DNA of 64,000 bases from Tubiluchus corallicola (lineage: Eukaryota > Animalia > Priapulida): the NCBI GenBank assembly GCA_030141605.1, contig JAQGDQ010000566.1:1-64000 (forward strand). Direction: 5' to 3'. The notes below the pieces were generated by a model. The model saw only the letters and a program-made list of their open reading frames with translations, was not told where the DNA came from and did no database searches. The translations under genes and the position numbers were made by a program. Shown piece after piece: positions 40,688-54,469 of the stretch. How positions within the stretch are numbered: the first letter of the stretch is position 1; every line of letters begins with the position of its first letter.

Positions 40688-41229
40688 CGTGATTTTTGAC
40701 TAAGTGAATTGGAAGTTTTAATAAAGTTGTCTTATTTTTTAATGTCTTGAAATCATTTTTACCAAATGTGATTACTACTACTAATGAGCCTACAGGCCTG
40801 GGTTTTTATAATAGCGAGCTAGTAATGTCCATTCTGTAGCTGTTTACTTTCGTTTTTTCTGCTTAAAATTTCCCCATCGTCTAATTTTTGCGCAAACACA
40901 GGCTGCTTAAATTATACGCGACTCAAGTAGCAGGCAAATGTTGGAGCCTAAATTGATTTTAGCTTTCATCTCTCCATCAGCCAACACATTTCAACGAGTT
41001 TCCCCGATGTGATAACAAGATGCATTTGCTTATTTTTCAGATCTCCTGCTCCGTTGCCATGGTTACAAAACGCTTAACTTCATTTTTCTGTCAAATATTC
41101 GTTTAATTTAGACGTTATTTTATAAAATGGGAAAGTAATGGGGGTAGCATACAGGTCTAAAATAACATTAAAATCTGCGCATTAATACTAAAATAACGTA
41201 AGCGGAACTACAAAATATTTAGGATTTTG

Positions 41230-41755
41230 AAATAAGGTTAAACGACACATTTAGTTTAAACATAATTCATTTAGGATTGGATCAGACAGTTTGTACAACA
41301 TGATTTAGGATCCTCACCACAACAGACTTTATACACTATTTACAAGAACATTTACAGTAGGAATAGACTATCCTTAGTTTTTAGTATACTTTAGTATACT
41401 AAAGTTTTACTACAGTGATACATTAGACATTAGTAGAAAATGACGGTTAGTAAATATTAATGTACAATTATTTAAGAATGATGCATTTTATATCAGATAG
41501 AAACTAGTGGAAGCGTTTAGTACATAATATAAAGTCATGTATACATTGGAATATTTTACAGTTAGTAACATAGTTAAATTCATCTTTACCGAATAATAAC
41601 AACTTCAACAGATCATTATTTCCTAAGACAGCTATATTAAGGTTTTCGGGCAGAAGTATTGCATTTAATTTATCAAACATAACTACCCTAGCTAGTTGAT
41701 GCAATGGGCAGTGCAACAAAAAGTTTTCAACAGACTTCAAACGACACATTTGCAA
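41230..41755 (-). mobile_element. 5'-truncated non-LTR retrotransposon (CR1/L2/Jockey-group ORF2 C-terminus plus 3' UTR)
   Basis: C..SVENFLLHCP...R...LLLFG...NCKIFQCIHDFILCTKRFH* matches the usual C-terminus of these ORF2 proteins. Downstream boundary is approximate. Confidence 0.8.
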
Positions 41756-44700
41756 CTTATATATTTCAAATCAAGTAAACGAAGGCCAACACAATTGGAA
41801 AATTGGAAAAAATTTACAAATTTGTATTAAGTATGTAAGAAGATAAGGAGATAAAGATTAAAAGATTAAGTTATATAAACTGTAATTAAAATATTACAGT
41901 TAATTACGGTGTAAAACAAAGCTCATTTTTTTTCAACAAAATCTTACACTGTCAAAAAGTAAGCAGTCATACAGCTTCAACTGCAAGCCCAGCTCGTTTA
42001 GCTAAGACACATATTTTTGTACTGCTGCATGCAGATGCGAACACGAATCTGCTCTTGTAGTGTAGATACTTTTTAATAGCGGAGAACTTCTAATGAATAT
42101 CTCTTTGCATTTCTTTACATTTTTTAGCTTTTTTCTCTCTTCTACTTACATACACCGTGATTTTACCGTCATGTCACCCCTTTTCATTACGCGTCTCTTG
42201 TCTTCCCCTAACAACACACCACGCCTTGCAGTTGGGATTCTTAACTCATTACTTTTTGCTCAGCTGCAAGCTGTTGCGTGTTAATTCCTTACTTGATATG
42301 TAATTGTAAGTAATTTTGTCTTCATTTTGTTTGCTATTGTGCAGTTGTATGTAATTTATCTATGTACACAATTGTATAGTGTTTTTGTCTAGTAAAAATA
42401 ATAATAATGAAGCTATGCTAGCACGCATACACTGTTAGATTCTTACAATTCTTGCTTCAGCTGATGTCAGTTCAAAGTCAAAATCATTGTAGGAAATTTC
42501 TATAACGATAGCTTAATGACTTTGTTGGATTAGTTTGTTTGCAAGTAAGAGGATTTCTCTTCCAGGGAAGTTTCTCTTGAAAAAGGTAAATCACTGAATC
42601 CTGTCAAGCAGCACTTATCTCTATAGTACAATTTCACTCGTACAATTGTAGTTGTGCGTTAATGCGCGTTCTTAAGACAAGTAGAAAAGTAAATTGTGTT
42701 TAACACTAAAATCATTGTAGTCGTATAGTCTCAGCTCTAATAAAACGAAACCTAACCTAACTGCCGATTTGTCTGCCTGGCTTGAAACATGGGTCTATTA
42801 CCATGCAGAACCATGTCCGCTCAGAGTAATTGCAACCAATATAAACTTTTCACCTAAACAGTTATCAGGTCTTAGTGCCAACAATTATTGTTCTCCTGTC
42901 GCAACTTGTAAGTAGGTTCTTCGGCCGAATCTATTATTCCTTAATGCTCAGAAAGCTTATGTACGTTCTATCTATGCAACACATTTGTTGAATGCAATCT
43001 GAAAGCTTTAATGTAAGGTATTATGATCGAATTGCAGTAACGTAAAAGCATTTCGCTTGCTATTATTATGTTCTCATGAACTGCAATCATATTTAGTATA
43101 TTCAATTATAATGTCACTGTAAAAGCTTTGGCTCAAATGTAACTTCCTTGATGCACAGTAGCACCCCTTTCGCTGACTTTGCTTGAAGTTATCAACAATG
43201 ACTAGTGCAATGTGAAGAGGAGTGATTTAAAAAAGCTTATTTAGCCTACGGGACACATTCTGCATTTTATTGAAAATGTTTTACAAAGACCTGGTAAATT
43301 GTATTTGGATACTTGAAAAAGATTTGATATTAGTGTTTTGGGTCTACTTTATCGAAAAGCATTATTTTACGTTCAAGCAATATCATTGATTTTTTTCAGC
43401 ACTCGCCATCTTGTATTTTAGCTCAGTATATAGATAATATCAGACATTAGAAAGTACAAAAATTCTTTTTAAGAGCAGTTTACTACACACGGCAAGCTTT
43501 TTTTTTGCTTAGACAAAAGGCCAATAGAGAGGCTCAAGTCACACATGGCGCCAACGAGATGTTTATCGTTGAAAAATCGCTGGAAAAAGGAGACGTTTCA
43601 CTCGCCAAATACCTTCCCGCCCCGATGCAAATGGTAGAACACCAGGTAGACGCATCATTTGATGCATTGAAAGCTAAATTTGCCCCATGATGATAACATT
43701 GGGTTAGGAAATTATAGGTGGAAATCCATCCATCCGATGTACATACGCTAGAGCCACGACCGACAGTCGTTTCAGGAATATTAAAATACATTGTATATGT
43801 TAAGACACTAAATTTAAGCCTCCATAGAAACAACACGTACTGTAAAGCACCCAGGGACCCAGAGCAAAAACGTGCTTTCTACCTACTTTCTTGCTCGTGC
43901 TCTTATTCTCTCTCATTTTCTCTAAAGCTTCCGGCAAAACCACTAGGGAGCCATAATCGTTTTTGAATACGTGCACTTATGGCTTTGAAGAGTAGTGGCA
44001 GCATTGTAAAAGCCATAAAAGCACTCTTCGCTTGTGTCATAATCTCTCATCACTGATGCCACACGAATCACACTTTTTACTATCTCTTATTAAAAATTGG
44101 CGTCAATGATTTATGAGACGGCTGTAATGACCGCAGTTCATATACCAGTTAGAAAAGTCGTAGCACAAATTAAGTTGTCGCACCTTTAAATTTTTAAAAC
44201 TGTGTCACGAGCCCACAGTGTTGTAAATAATACGTGTCGGAGTTCCCTAAATTATTCAGTTGTTGCCTGGGAAAGTATGGATTAAGCCGAAGTCGACTAG
44301 TTACCATAGGTACTAAAGATAAAATAATTAAGGGTATTCCGTACTGTTTAAAAGAAATTCCGTCATATCGGCAGAAAATTCTAGTGAACTTGTTCGAAAT
44401 GCAGTACTATTTGTTTTATTAAAAGCTTTTGTACAGTTGCCCAAAAATAAGCCTACGTATGGCAACAGAGGTTGCGCTGCTGTCGCGAATACCCAAACTT
44501 ATTACACTTTTTCTTCTAAGCAGGACATGCAGACTCGACCGTGCATTTTCGAAGGGGATAAGAACCTTCGAATAAAATTTAATCTATTGTGTATAATTCA
44601 AAAAAGCAGCCAGTAAAAAGTAATAATACAAATTAGTCACACGTGCAGTGATTAATTTCGACTGAAGTTTGTATTCGATGTTTTTTTAATTCACAACCAT

Positions 44701-46297
44701 TTCTATTTTTATTCATTTACGGAATTCAGTTGGAAAACTCTAACAGCTTAAACCCAGCCCAAGTGTGCGATCCTCCAAGTTAAGAAGCCATATAATCCCC
44801 CACCACGCAAACTGTTAAAAGTGATCCTTTAAAAGTAGTTTCCTGTTTATTTATACTGGAGACATTCCAGCGTGTCGGAGACGGTAATACTGACTCCTGG
44901 CCTATCTTAACAGTCTGGCCTGGTAGGTAAACAACTGTGGCAAACAGTAATTCACTTCTGTTGCAGAAAAAAATACATGTTGCATAAGAAAGCCAGGTAC
45001 AAAAAGTGCAGTGGAGATTTGCTTGTTTTATAATAAAACGTCAGACATTCCTGCTCTCACTCAGCAGCTTTTTGTAGTAAAGCTATGTTTGTGTATGTAA
45101 TGTAATTTACAGTAAACTTCTCTTTCAGTGTTTACAATATTTCACTCAGGGAGTCACTTTCAAATGATTCCACACAACATGTGGTACATTAGGCGTATTA
45201 ATATTACTACAGACTTCCCTTAAACTCTTAAATACGTATAAATAGTATAAAACTGCTCAAAAACGAACAAGTGATGCATTCCTGTCTGCACTTTTTATTA
45301 AAGCAACACTTTTCTGTACTTTCCTCTTTTTTATACCGTTTTTCAGGAAAAAAACATGTTAGTTCTGACTCACTGCATTGCTGTGCCATAAATTTTCGAC
45401 CTATGCCTGTATCATCTCAGTGACCTTTGACCTCGATCACGATGAGTGTCTTCTCCAGTCTTTATTCAGCTCACACACAGTATATTACAATGACACATGA
45501 CTCAGAGAGCATAAACGGCAACATAGTTTTAAACCGGACTTCCTCAAATAGCCCTCGCATTATTTGTAATATATATTTGTGAATTATTTAAATGCGCATT
45601 TTTTCTGTATTCGGCAGTCAGTCAACACAGTAAGTTTTACAACTCATTGCTAAACTGCGCCACTGAGGCTTCTGTTTTTTATTACGCTACGTTCTGCATA
45701 AATTAACATCACTACCGCTTCTTACTAATGTCGTATCTATTGAAATATCATTGAATTAATGCCCGGGGCAACGTATTTTTTTCGCTAAAGTGACACACAA
45801 AGCCATTTGATTTTAATCCTAAGCTAAAACTGATCAAAATTATTCTTACAGTTTAAAAATGAATTCAGTTTTACTCAATGGCAACAACAAATGCGTAACT
45901 TGTAGCAAAATAATGACTTAACACAGTCTATGCCGCCAGGCTGATTTCTCATAAATTGCATATTAAAGTTTGAGTTTGATGAATAAACAGCGCAGATGTT
46001 ACTTCAACTTTTGTTAAATCAGATAAGCAGGTAATCAGATGTTATGCAGAAACAAATAAGAGCAGGTGAATAAATCTACGGCTTTGCAGCTCCCGCATGC
46101 AAAAACCGCTTTGCATAATCACATTTTGCCCAATAGAATGAAATTTTAACGTTCTTTTAATATATCTATCAATTATGTAAATAGATTTTTTCTTCTTTTA
46201 ATCAATTTTCTCTTTAATCTTCTTAACTCGTAAAAAATCGATGTAAGCAGTTTTATTTTATATTTTTGTATATTGTATTTTATGGCTTAAGACTGTG

Positions 46298-46421
46298 TAA
46301 GTATGTATGCATGTACGTGTGCATGTGTGCATGTATGTGTGTGTGTGTGTGTGCGTGCGTGTGTGTGTGTGTGTGCATGTATGTGTATGTATGTATGTGT
46401 GTGTGCGTGCATGTATGTGTA

Positions 46422-46462
<41 letters not shown>

Positions 46463-46522
46463 TGCGTGCGTGCGTGCGTATGTATGTATGTATGTGTGTA
46501 TGAATTAATGTGTGCATGTATG
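46298..46522. repeat. Mixed (GT)n/(GTAT)n/(GCGT)n microsatellite
   Basis: Direct reading. Confidence 0.95.
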
Positions 46523-46694
46523 TCTACGAGCTGAAATCAAAGAATAAATTAAAATAAATTAAATTAAATCATTAAAAATACAGTTTAGGTAAGACTGTGC
46601 TTTGGGAAACTCACATACTCTAGTTAAGTATGATTAGATACACGGGCCATTAGGTTTCTGAAGTGATTCAACTATTCTTTGTTTCCCATTTCAG

Positions 46695-46982
46695 TGGCCA
46701 TGTCTGCTCCAGAGAATCTTACAGTGACAGAAATCTCAGGGACAACAGTTTTGCTGCGCTGGGAGCAGAGAGACCCGCTGAAGGTCACACATTACCAGAT
46801 GTCGTACCATCCGCTAGGGGCTCGATACAGAGTTGTCATGGACGTTTCAAATAATAATAAAACTGAATTTATAGTGAAAAATTTGCAACCCAAGACAAAC
46901 TACGAATTGCACTTGACGGCTCATGATAAAACCGGCAACAAAACTCGAAGCCAGGCTTACACGTTTACTACTGGGCTATCAG
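46695..46982 (+). CDS. Fibronectin type III domain exon of an FNDC4/FNDC5-like membrane protein
   Basis: TTTCAG acceptor, 288-nt phase 1-1 exon, GT donor. APENLTVTEISGTTVLLRW...HYQMSY...VKNLQPKTNYELHLTA...YTFTT carries the FN3 W, Y and LxPxTxY hallmarks. Confidence 0.93.
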
Positions 46983-48987
46983 GTACCTGCAACTCACTAG
47001 CTTTTATAAATTTTAAAAGCTTAATCTTTAATTATTTTACATAGCTGTTCATTTCTAAGCACTCCAACGAAACCAGCTTTTTTAACACTCCAGCGAAGAG
47101 CAGGCCCTAATTTTGATACTTGGCAGCAACCCGGCTGCAATTTATTTGACAATTGTCAAATCAGCCCAAAAAAATAGTGTAAAGCTGATTTTTTTGCACA
47201 AACACCCAAAAGGACGTCCAGATCAAAATGTTCCAAATCTCCTAAAATTGCTCCCCCCCCCCATGTGGATTAGCTTTGGCGGCCATTTTGAATATAAAAC
47301 CCCATAACTTTTTTCCCCAAAGTGAGGATTTCAGGGGATTTGAATATGTTTTTCTACACGATTTTCTCTGTGTCTGTGCAAAAATTCAGCTTTACACAAT
47401 TTATGTCTGGGTCATACTTTTTTTGACCGGACAATATGGCCAGATAAGAAAAATTCGGAAAGTTTAGCCCCTCTAGGGGCTACAAATTATACTACGATAA
47501 CAAACAATATCTTGGTGACGATTATAAAGATTATCATCATCCTTGGGGTGGTTTTGCTTTCCGAAAAATCCCCTCCCAGAAAGCACCCAAAAGAAGAAAA
47601 AGCACCAAATGGAAATTTCCCAAAAGAGCTCCTTTATTTTACTAAAAAGCAGTTGCTGCAAAGAAATTGTTCTTGAAAACTCTGCTATAGTAATACAGTC
47701 AGGGCGTAATTACCATCATAATTGTTGAACTATGCCTGACTGCGCATGACATCACTGGCAGGAATTGTACGGGTCTGTTGCCATTATCTTATATATCATT
47801 TTATACCTTTTTTATTCGTATTCGTTGTACAGTCCCATCAAATAAACAAACAGATCAACAAGCAAAATAGCATTAATTAACGCTAATAAGTTAGTAAGCA
47901 ACGTGTACGTATACAATTAAGTGAGAGTAAGATATGTTAATATGGCGTACAACACATTCCTGTCAATAAAATCAAAACAATTACGTTCTAGAGTCCATAA
48001 TATAACTTTTCTAATGAAATTTACAGTCCGTATTTGTTCTTTGCTAGCATTACCTCTTACGTCTAATTTTACAGGAAAATTTTTAGAAAGAAATTTGTCA
48101 TTTGTTTAAAAAGTTTTGTACTTGTTTCAAGTAGATAAAGCAAATTATAACTCATTATAGAAGATACATGGAATCGAGAATTATGTGCAAAGTTATTTCT
48201 GAGACAGTATCTGTGTGATCTAAACTGCAAATTCCAGTTTTCTTTCTGCAATATTCCAAGCTGTACTTATTTTAGAAATTTTACTATCGAGTTTCCAGGT
48301 TTGACCTCCGTAGTAACTGTGACAGTAGCTACGTAAGACAAGTGATTTCAAATCTGTGTATAAGTAGGAAAAATGAGCAATAACGTAATTAGCTCGGTAT
48401 ATAAAATGAGTGCGTCATCATCAGAAATGTCATCATCATCTTGTAAATCAAAAGCTAAAATGTGACTCAAGTGATTGCAAAAAGGTAATGGACTGTTTTC
48501 AAGTAAAAATAGAGGGCTGTGTTGTTTTACTTTACATTTACTTTTTTCCTTGTTATATTGCATATTAGGTAAATTTATATTGAAATGATTACCATAATTT
48601 TTACATAATAGTTGCCATTTATTTACTATACTCACCAATTAAATTAATTATATTAGCGCTAGATACGGTCTTATTTATCAGTTTTTTTGTTACATTATCG
48701 AATAGGATTACAACAGGAAGTTTATTACATAAGCACTTTTGCTTATCTTTGACTTAATCGTGTGCATTGACTATATTCAGCACAATGTATATCTTTAATT
48801 TAAGTAGAGGTTTTAATGGGATTAGCCTCATTGTAGTCATAAACGTAAAAAAGGTTAATGTGAAAAATAATTTTTTTATACAACTTACCCTGTTATGGTA
48901 CCCTGGATTCTTTAACATCATATAAGTGATTCATTACCTTCTCTTAGAGTGACTTTCATACATCACTAATTATTAATTACCTTCATA

Positions 48988-49166
<179 letters not shown>

Positions 49167-50299
49167 CATCAATCAATTTTCAGAAAGCGTCCCAGAACGT
49201 TAAATGAATCTCTTCTAACAACAAAAGCTAAAAATATCATAAATTATGCAACTGAAATGAATAACGTTATTACGAACAAGAACATGGTGTCTGCAGGGAA
49301 ATCGTTCAATAATAGATGTTCCTGCTAAGAAATCTGTCTATAAATGATGAGAACTCTGTTAACTTTTAGGCGTTTTTATGAACAACATACATTTGGTGCA
49401 AATTGTCAAGAAATGAGTTCCTCTACACCACGGAAACATAGCAAAACTAGATAGTAACAACTTTCTTCTATAAATTTGCACAAATTTTAGTGTGGCATCA
49501 GTAAAATTTGATTGCGCTAATAGTTTCTTTGTGGTCCTCTTTGCCCCGTTTCGAGTTTGGAAAGACAGTAGGATTAGTTTGATTATATTTCTGTAAAGGC
49601 TTTTAACTATTGGACCATCTATGAGTTCTTCTCATTGTAAATACAACCAACTAAATAAATAAATTCGTTTTGCGAACTTTCCTTGCCGATTAGAATACTG
49701 CTATGAAACTTCCCTGCCAGCACTGTTATACATTTTGTAATTATCACGCTCATTATTTTAAAACTGATAAGATCTCTTTAATTACGAGATCTTAGTTTGC
49801 GCAATAATACAAAGTATCTACATTCCTATATTTGCGACTAGATTCCCGGTCAAATTTTCCAGATTGATTTTTCAAATTCAACTTTTCATACAAAATTTTA
49901 CCAGTACCAATGAAATCGGTACTGCAGCGATTGATTATTTATTACTGATTGATTTTGCTGATTGGGTCATTGTTTTCATGCATCCTTTAACAGATACTGT
50001 CAATAACTGACCCTATATTGTAAGTGGTTTTGGGTTAATAAGCTATCAATTCGTTAATCCAGCTTTAATTATTAATTTATTAAAATTGTTATATAGATAA
50101 TTTTTTACTTCAGTCTCCACCTTAAAGAAGTGCGTTTGTTTAAAATACCTTGGCATTTGTGACAACATTAATAATTGGCCGTAAATGTTTTACCCGCGAG
50201 CATCGCGGATATAAGAAAATCCACATGCTAATTTTTGTCATCATCATTATTATATTAGCTATCCATTTTTCTTAGACATTCACTATGTTAGCTTACAAA

Positions 50300-51350
50300 A
50301 CAGGAAGATAAAATTCGAAAACTTGCATTGTAGGCACCTTGGGGTAGGGGTCTTGAAAGTGGTTTGCGTAACGGTAAGGCGGTAACCCCAATCAAAGTCA
50401 AGGACACTGGACATCGGTCAGTTTTTTATTGCCATTCAGCGCCTTCTAAGGCTATGAGTTAACTTCAGAATTTTCTTCACAAGTATTCAAGTACAGCAGG
50501 GTAGATGTGATACATTGGGTTTTAAAAACCAGTGATCATTTAATGTTCCGAGATAGGAGCCAAAATGTGAAAATTGGGTCATTTAATTTAGTTCATGTTA
50601 ACACGCAAGCGAAGAAAGCTAGAGTAAAGTTACAGGGCGGACGCCTCGGGCAGTGGTCTTGAAAGTGATGGCAATTCGCTCCTAGAGATATATAAGTTCA
50701 TAGATATTGTGGGGTGGATGTGTGTCTCGGCTTTTAAAAAGATGCGACGAGATAGGAACCAAAATGTATAATCCTGAATAACTCTAAAACTCTAGTAACT
50801 AGAGTCAGGAAACTTTCAGATTGAACACAGGGGCCAAGAGCTCAGGCAGTAGTATTTTAAAAACGCTGGAATTGTTTAAGGGCTCGAGACAGGAGCCAAA
50901 ATGTGACAATAAGGACATCTGGATTTAATTAACGTTAACTCGCAAACAAAGGAGGCTATAGCTACGAAATTTGCAGAGTACGGACCTGAGGTAAGTGCCT
51001 TGAAAACGGTATGTTGACCGGGTGACACTGAACATCGGTCAGTTTTTCGACTGTCATTCAACTACTCTTGGTCTCTGAGTTAAATTCAAACTTTTTTGTA
51101 TTGCAGTATTGTGATAGATGTGTACCTGAGTTTTAAAAAGTTGGGATTCTTTAAGGGCCAAGATGCATAGCGTTGAAAAACTGAAACTACCAGTTCTAAT
51201 TTGAAACACGAATCTGCAGGGTATACACTGATGGTTAGGAGCTCCGACAACGGTATGGCAAAAAAGCTGAAATTGTTTAAGGACAATAGTTAAGATCGGC
51301 CAAAATGGGAAAATTAAGGTATCCAGTTTTAGTTCATGTTAATTCCCAAA
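50300..51350. repeat. Degenerate tandem array, probably internal to a non-autonomous element
   Basis: GA(T/C)AGGA(G/A)CCAAAATGT recurs at ~50552, ~50751 and ~50888, with a variant at ~51295. GACACTG.ACATCGGTCAGTTTTT at ~50403 and ~51024. Confidence 0.65.
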
Positions 51351-52445
51351 CCTATATGCAGTACTTTTGTCGCATCTGTTATAAAACAATTCGCTATAAA
51401 TCCCTCACTTCATGCTATTTGTCAAGTCAGCACAAATGGTGCAAAATTTCATAACTCAAACTAGGGTACTCAAACAAGTGTGTTAAAACAGCAATGTGTG
51501 CACTTTGAGTAGTAAGTTTGTATCGCGTGTTTCTCAGTTTGAATATCCCCATAACCTATTCTCTCTTGGCTGTCTCACCCATCTACCAATTCCATCTAAC
51601 GGGGATTTATTAAAGATGCATTCTTGAGAAGCTTGGAAACATGGAGTTGCGAGATTGGTGCTCATTTCCAAGTACATTACACGTAGGACAGAATCGGCAC
51701 GATTTCATATGCTTTCTTCTGCAAAGCCGTCTGCTGAGATACATGTAGTCTGGCTGGTAATTTACACGAAGCTGGTCAAAACATCTAATAAATTTGATGG
51801 CTGCGTTCCTTGCTGTGGCGAATGTTCTTATTAGACCGTCGTGGCAATGAACATTTCCCGTAAGCTTTACCCTTGTCCTCTGTTGCTTTGATCTCAGCCA
51901 CACTATTGGAGCTGGATATCCAAATTCAGTAAAAGCAAGGTCTTTACAGGTAGCCTGTCTGACGCCCAATAGACCTGTTTGGCCCGTACGGCTTGCGGCT
52001 TTTTTGCCTTGTATGGGGCTCCCAGCCCACATCTGTATATAAACCACGTACAATGTCTCCAAATTGTGAACTTCCGATGTTGGTTTAATAAAAGTTAAAA
52101 AAACAATAAGGCCTTGATTAACAACATATACGTAGAACAAGGTATATAAGTAATATTATCACTGGTAGAAGTAGAATATTGCCGTCAACAACGCACAATC
52201 GTGTAACTACTGCAAGTTGCACACTACTGTAAATAAATCTACATACATGTGAGTAGTAAGCCACATAGGACCAAGGCATAGTGAAGTGATAAGGATGTTT
52301 GAATCTGAATTCATTCAGTCTTTATATAATATTTATATAATCGGTGATTATAAGCAATTATCAATTTCTGAACTTCGTTCTTGTGAATTCAGCAATGTGA
52401 GCCTCTCAAATGCAACTGCATCATAAACATTGTATTTTTTTTCAG

Positions 52446-53410
52446 AATTACAACGATACCAATGGTCGATTCGAGTACAAGAACTTATAGCTGTGTCATT
52501 AGTTTTTGTCCTGTGGGTATTTAGCGTGGCATTGTTTATAAAGAAGTGGGGAGCAATACGCGTGCTGCAACCCAGAGCAATGCGCTACAAACCTCGTCGA
52601 GAACTGACAGGAACCACTGATAAAATCGGAGGTTCTTCTGTTCGGAGTATACGCAGTGACCGCAGTGAACTTCCAGGAAGTCGCCCGTCTACTCCAGTGC
52701 GGAGTCGCCCTTCCTCGCCATTCTTGTTTCCAGGAAGCAGTGTCGACTCATCATTTTATCCCCACCGAGCGCACGGGGATCGCTCTCCTCATCATTCCAG
52801 AACAAGTATTAATCGTCCAGCGTCGCCATCATCTCGTATAAATCTTTCTCCTCCTGGTTCCCCCATGGTCACAGTGAGCAGTAACTGGAACAACAATGCC
52901 AGTCAATTGGGTTCTCCAACACGTCGGCTCAGTGCTGCGTCGTACACATCTCGCTCCATGACAACTTCGGCGGTAGACGTCAGAAGAAAGAGCTATGATC
53001 CTAGCAGACACAGGGGGGATCAAAATGTGGACCCTCGACGGAAGTCGAGTGGAATTATAGCCAACGATTCTGGAAGACTCGGAGACCGTAGTTTGGATGC
53101 ACCAAGGCGGTTAAGTGGAGTCATATCCGGACGATCGGAATCACCATTCCGTTGCCTCGCAGAAGAAGCTGCAAGGAGAGAAATGCACAGCAAGCTATTG
53201 CTCAGCCCTGTACCAAAAAGACCCAAACGTATTGAACGTATGCCACCGGTGATGGCGATGGACCCACCGTCAATTTCCATAGACATAGATATGACTGCAT
53301 CCAGCAATTTGGAATCTACGCACCATTCGAACATGAGCAAACCCGAACTGCAACATTCGTACAGTGAACCAACGCCCATGTGCAGTGATTATGACGCTTC
53401 AATCACATAG
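52446..53410 (+). CDS. Last exon of the FNDC4/FNDC5-like protein: TM helix and ~290-aa Ser/Arg/Pro-rich cytoplasmic tail
   Basis: Poly-T CAG acceptor in phase 1; IRVQELIAVSLVFVLWVFSVALFIKKWGAIRVLQP. 965-nt open frame with raised GC content, ending TAG. Confidence 0.93.
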
Positions 53411-54469
53411 AACTTCTTTAATTATATAATGTTGTCCCATTGTCATGTAGTTCAGTCTGTTGTGATAACATTTGGCTGAAAAAGACTGTGGATGCGTTCA
53501 AGTATACTACTTAAGTACTTGTTAGAAAAGGCTGCCGAAAAGATGGTGTATGCTGCAATAACGAAATGACGTGGTATGACGAAATAGCTTTTTCACTAGG
53601 CTTGCTACGTAGTAGGTAACACCGCTGCGCTCGTGAAGCTTATGAAAGCGTCATGTCTGAATATCATCTTCATTCATCAACCATTATCTTCATCTGCAGT
53701 TAAACCAGTAATAAACGGCAAAATGGTACTGTAACTTTCAAATAAGAGATTTAATTCCATTGTTTGCCAGCAGTGATTATAGTAATATAAATTATGTTAA
53801 GAAATGTGATAATACTGAAGCTCTTGACAAAAAGGGATATTTGAGTGAAAGTTTTTTGCAGTTTCATGATTATATCACACTTCTACACGTGAAGGACGGT
53901 GAAGAAAAAACACAGTGCTATAGACGACGTGATGTATCATTTACTCAAATGTTTCATTAATGACGTTTCAGATAAAAAACAATACAGGTAACTAATAATG
54001 AAAAATTAGCTGTGTGCTGTATGTTTCAGTACAATTTCGAACTAGCTCGCTTATATCTAAAGTGTATAAAGTGCTAGTGTGGCACATTTGAGAGGAGAAG
54101 GCAACTGGTTTGGTGTAATGCATTGAAAGAATTTGTTATACTGTCAGATGGGAACATTTTTCAAACAACACTGTTTTGAGCCGAATGTTTCCGTGTAAAA
54201 ACAGGGTATTCTTGCACAAAGGTAATTTTATTGTCTATTATCATGACTGTTTAAGCGATCAATTGTGTTTAGTTAACAATAACATTGTAATTTGTTAAAA
54301 TATTTAATAGAGAAATAACACGCAAAACCCTGTACATGTTTATATAGGTACAAATGTAAGTAAATACGTTTATAAACACAATTTTTGTAGTTGTAAATAC
54401 TGTTATATACAAAATTCAACTGAGAAGAAATTTGAGAAGAAAATTGCATACTTAAAGTAACATCACGGT

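Noticed and set aside
52829-53379. Minus-strand ORFs overlapping the FN3-gene last exon
   Set aside because: Antisense shadows of a real coding exon; likewise 5677-5910 over the pentraxin.
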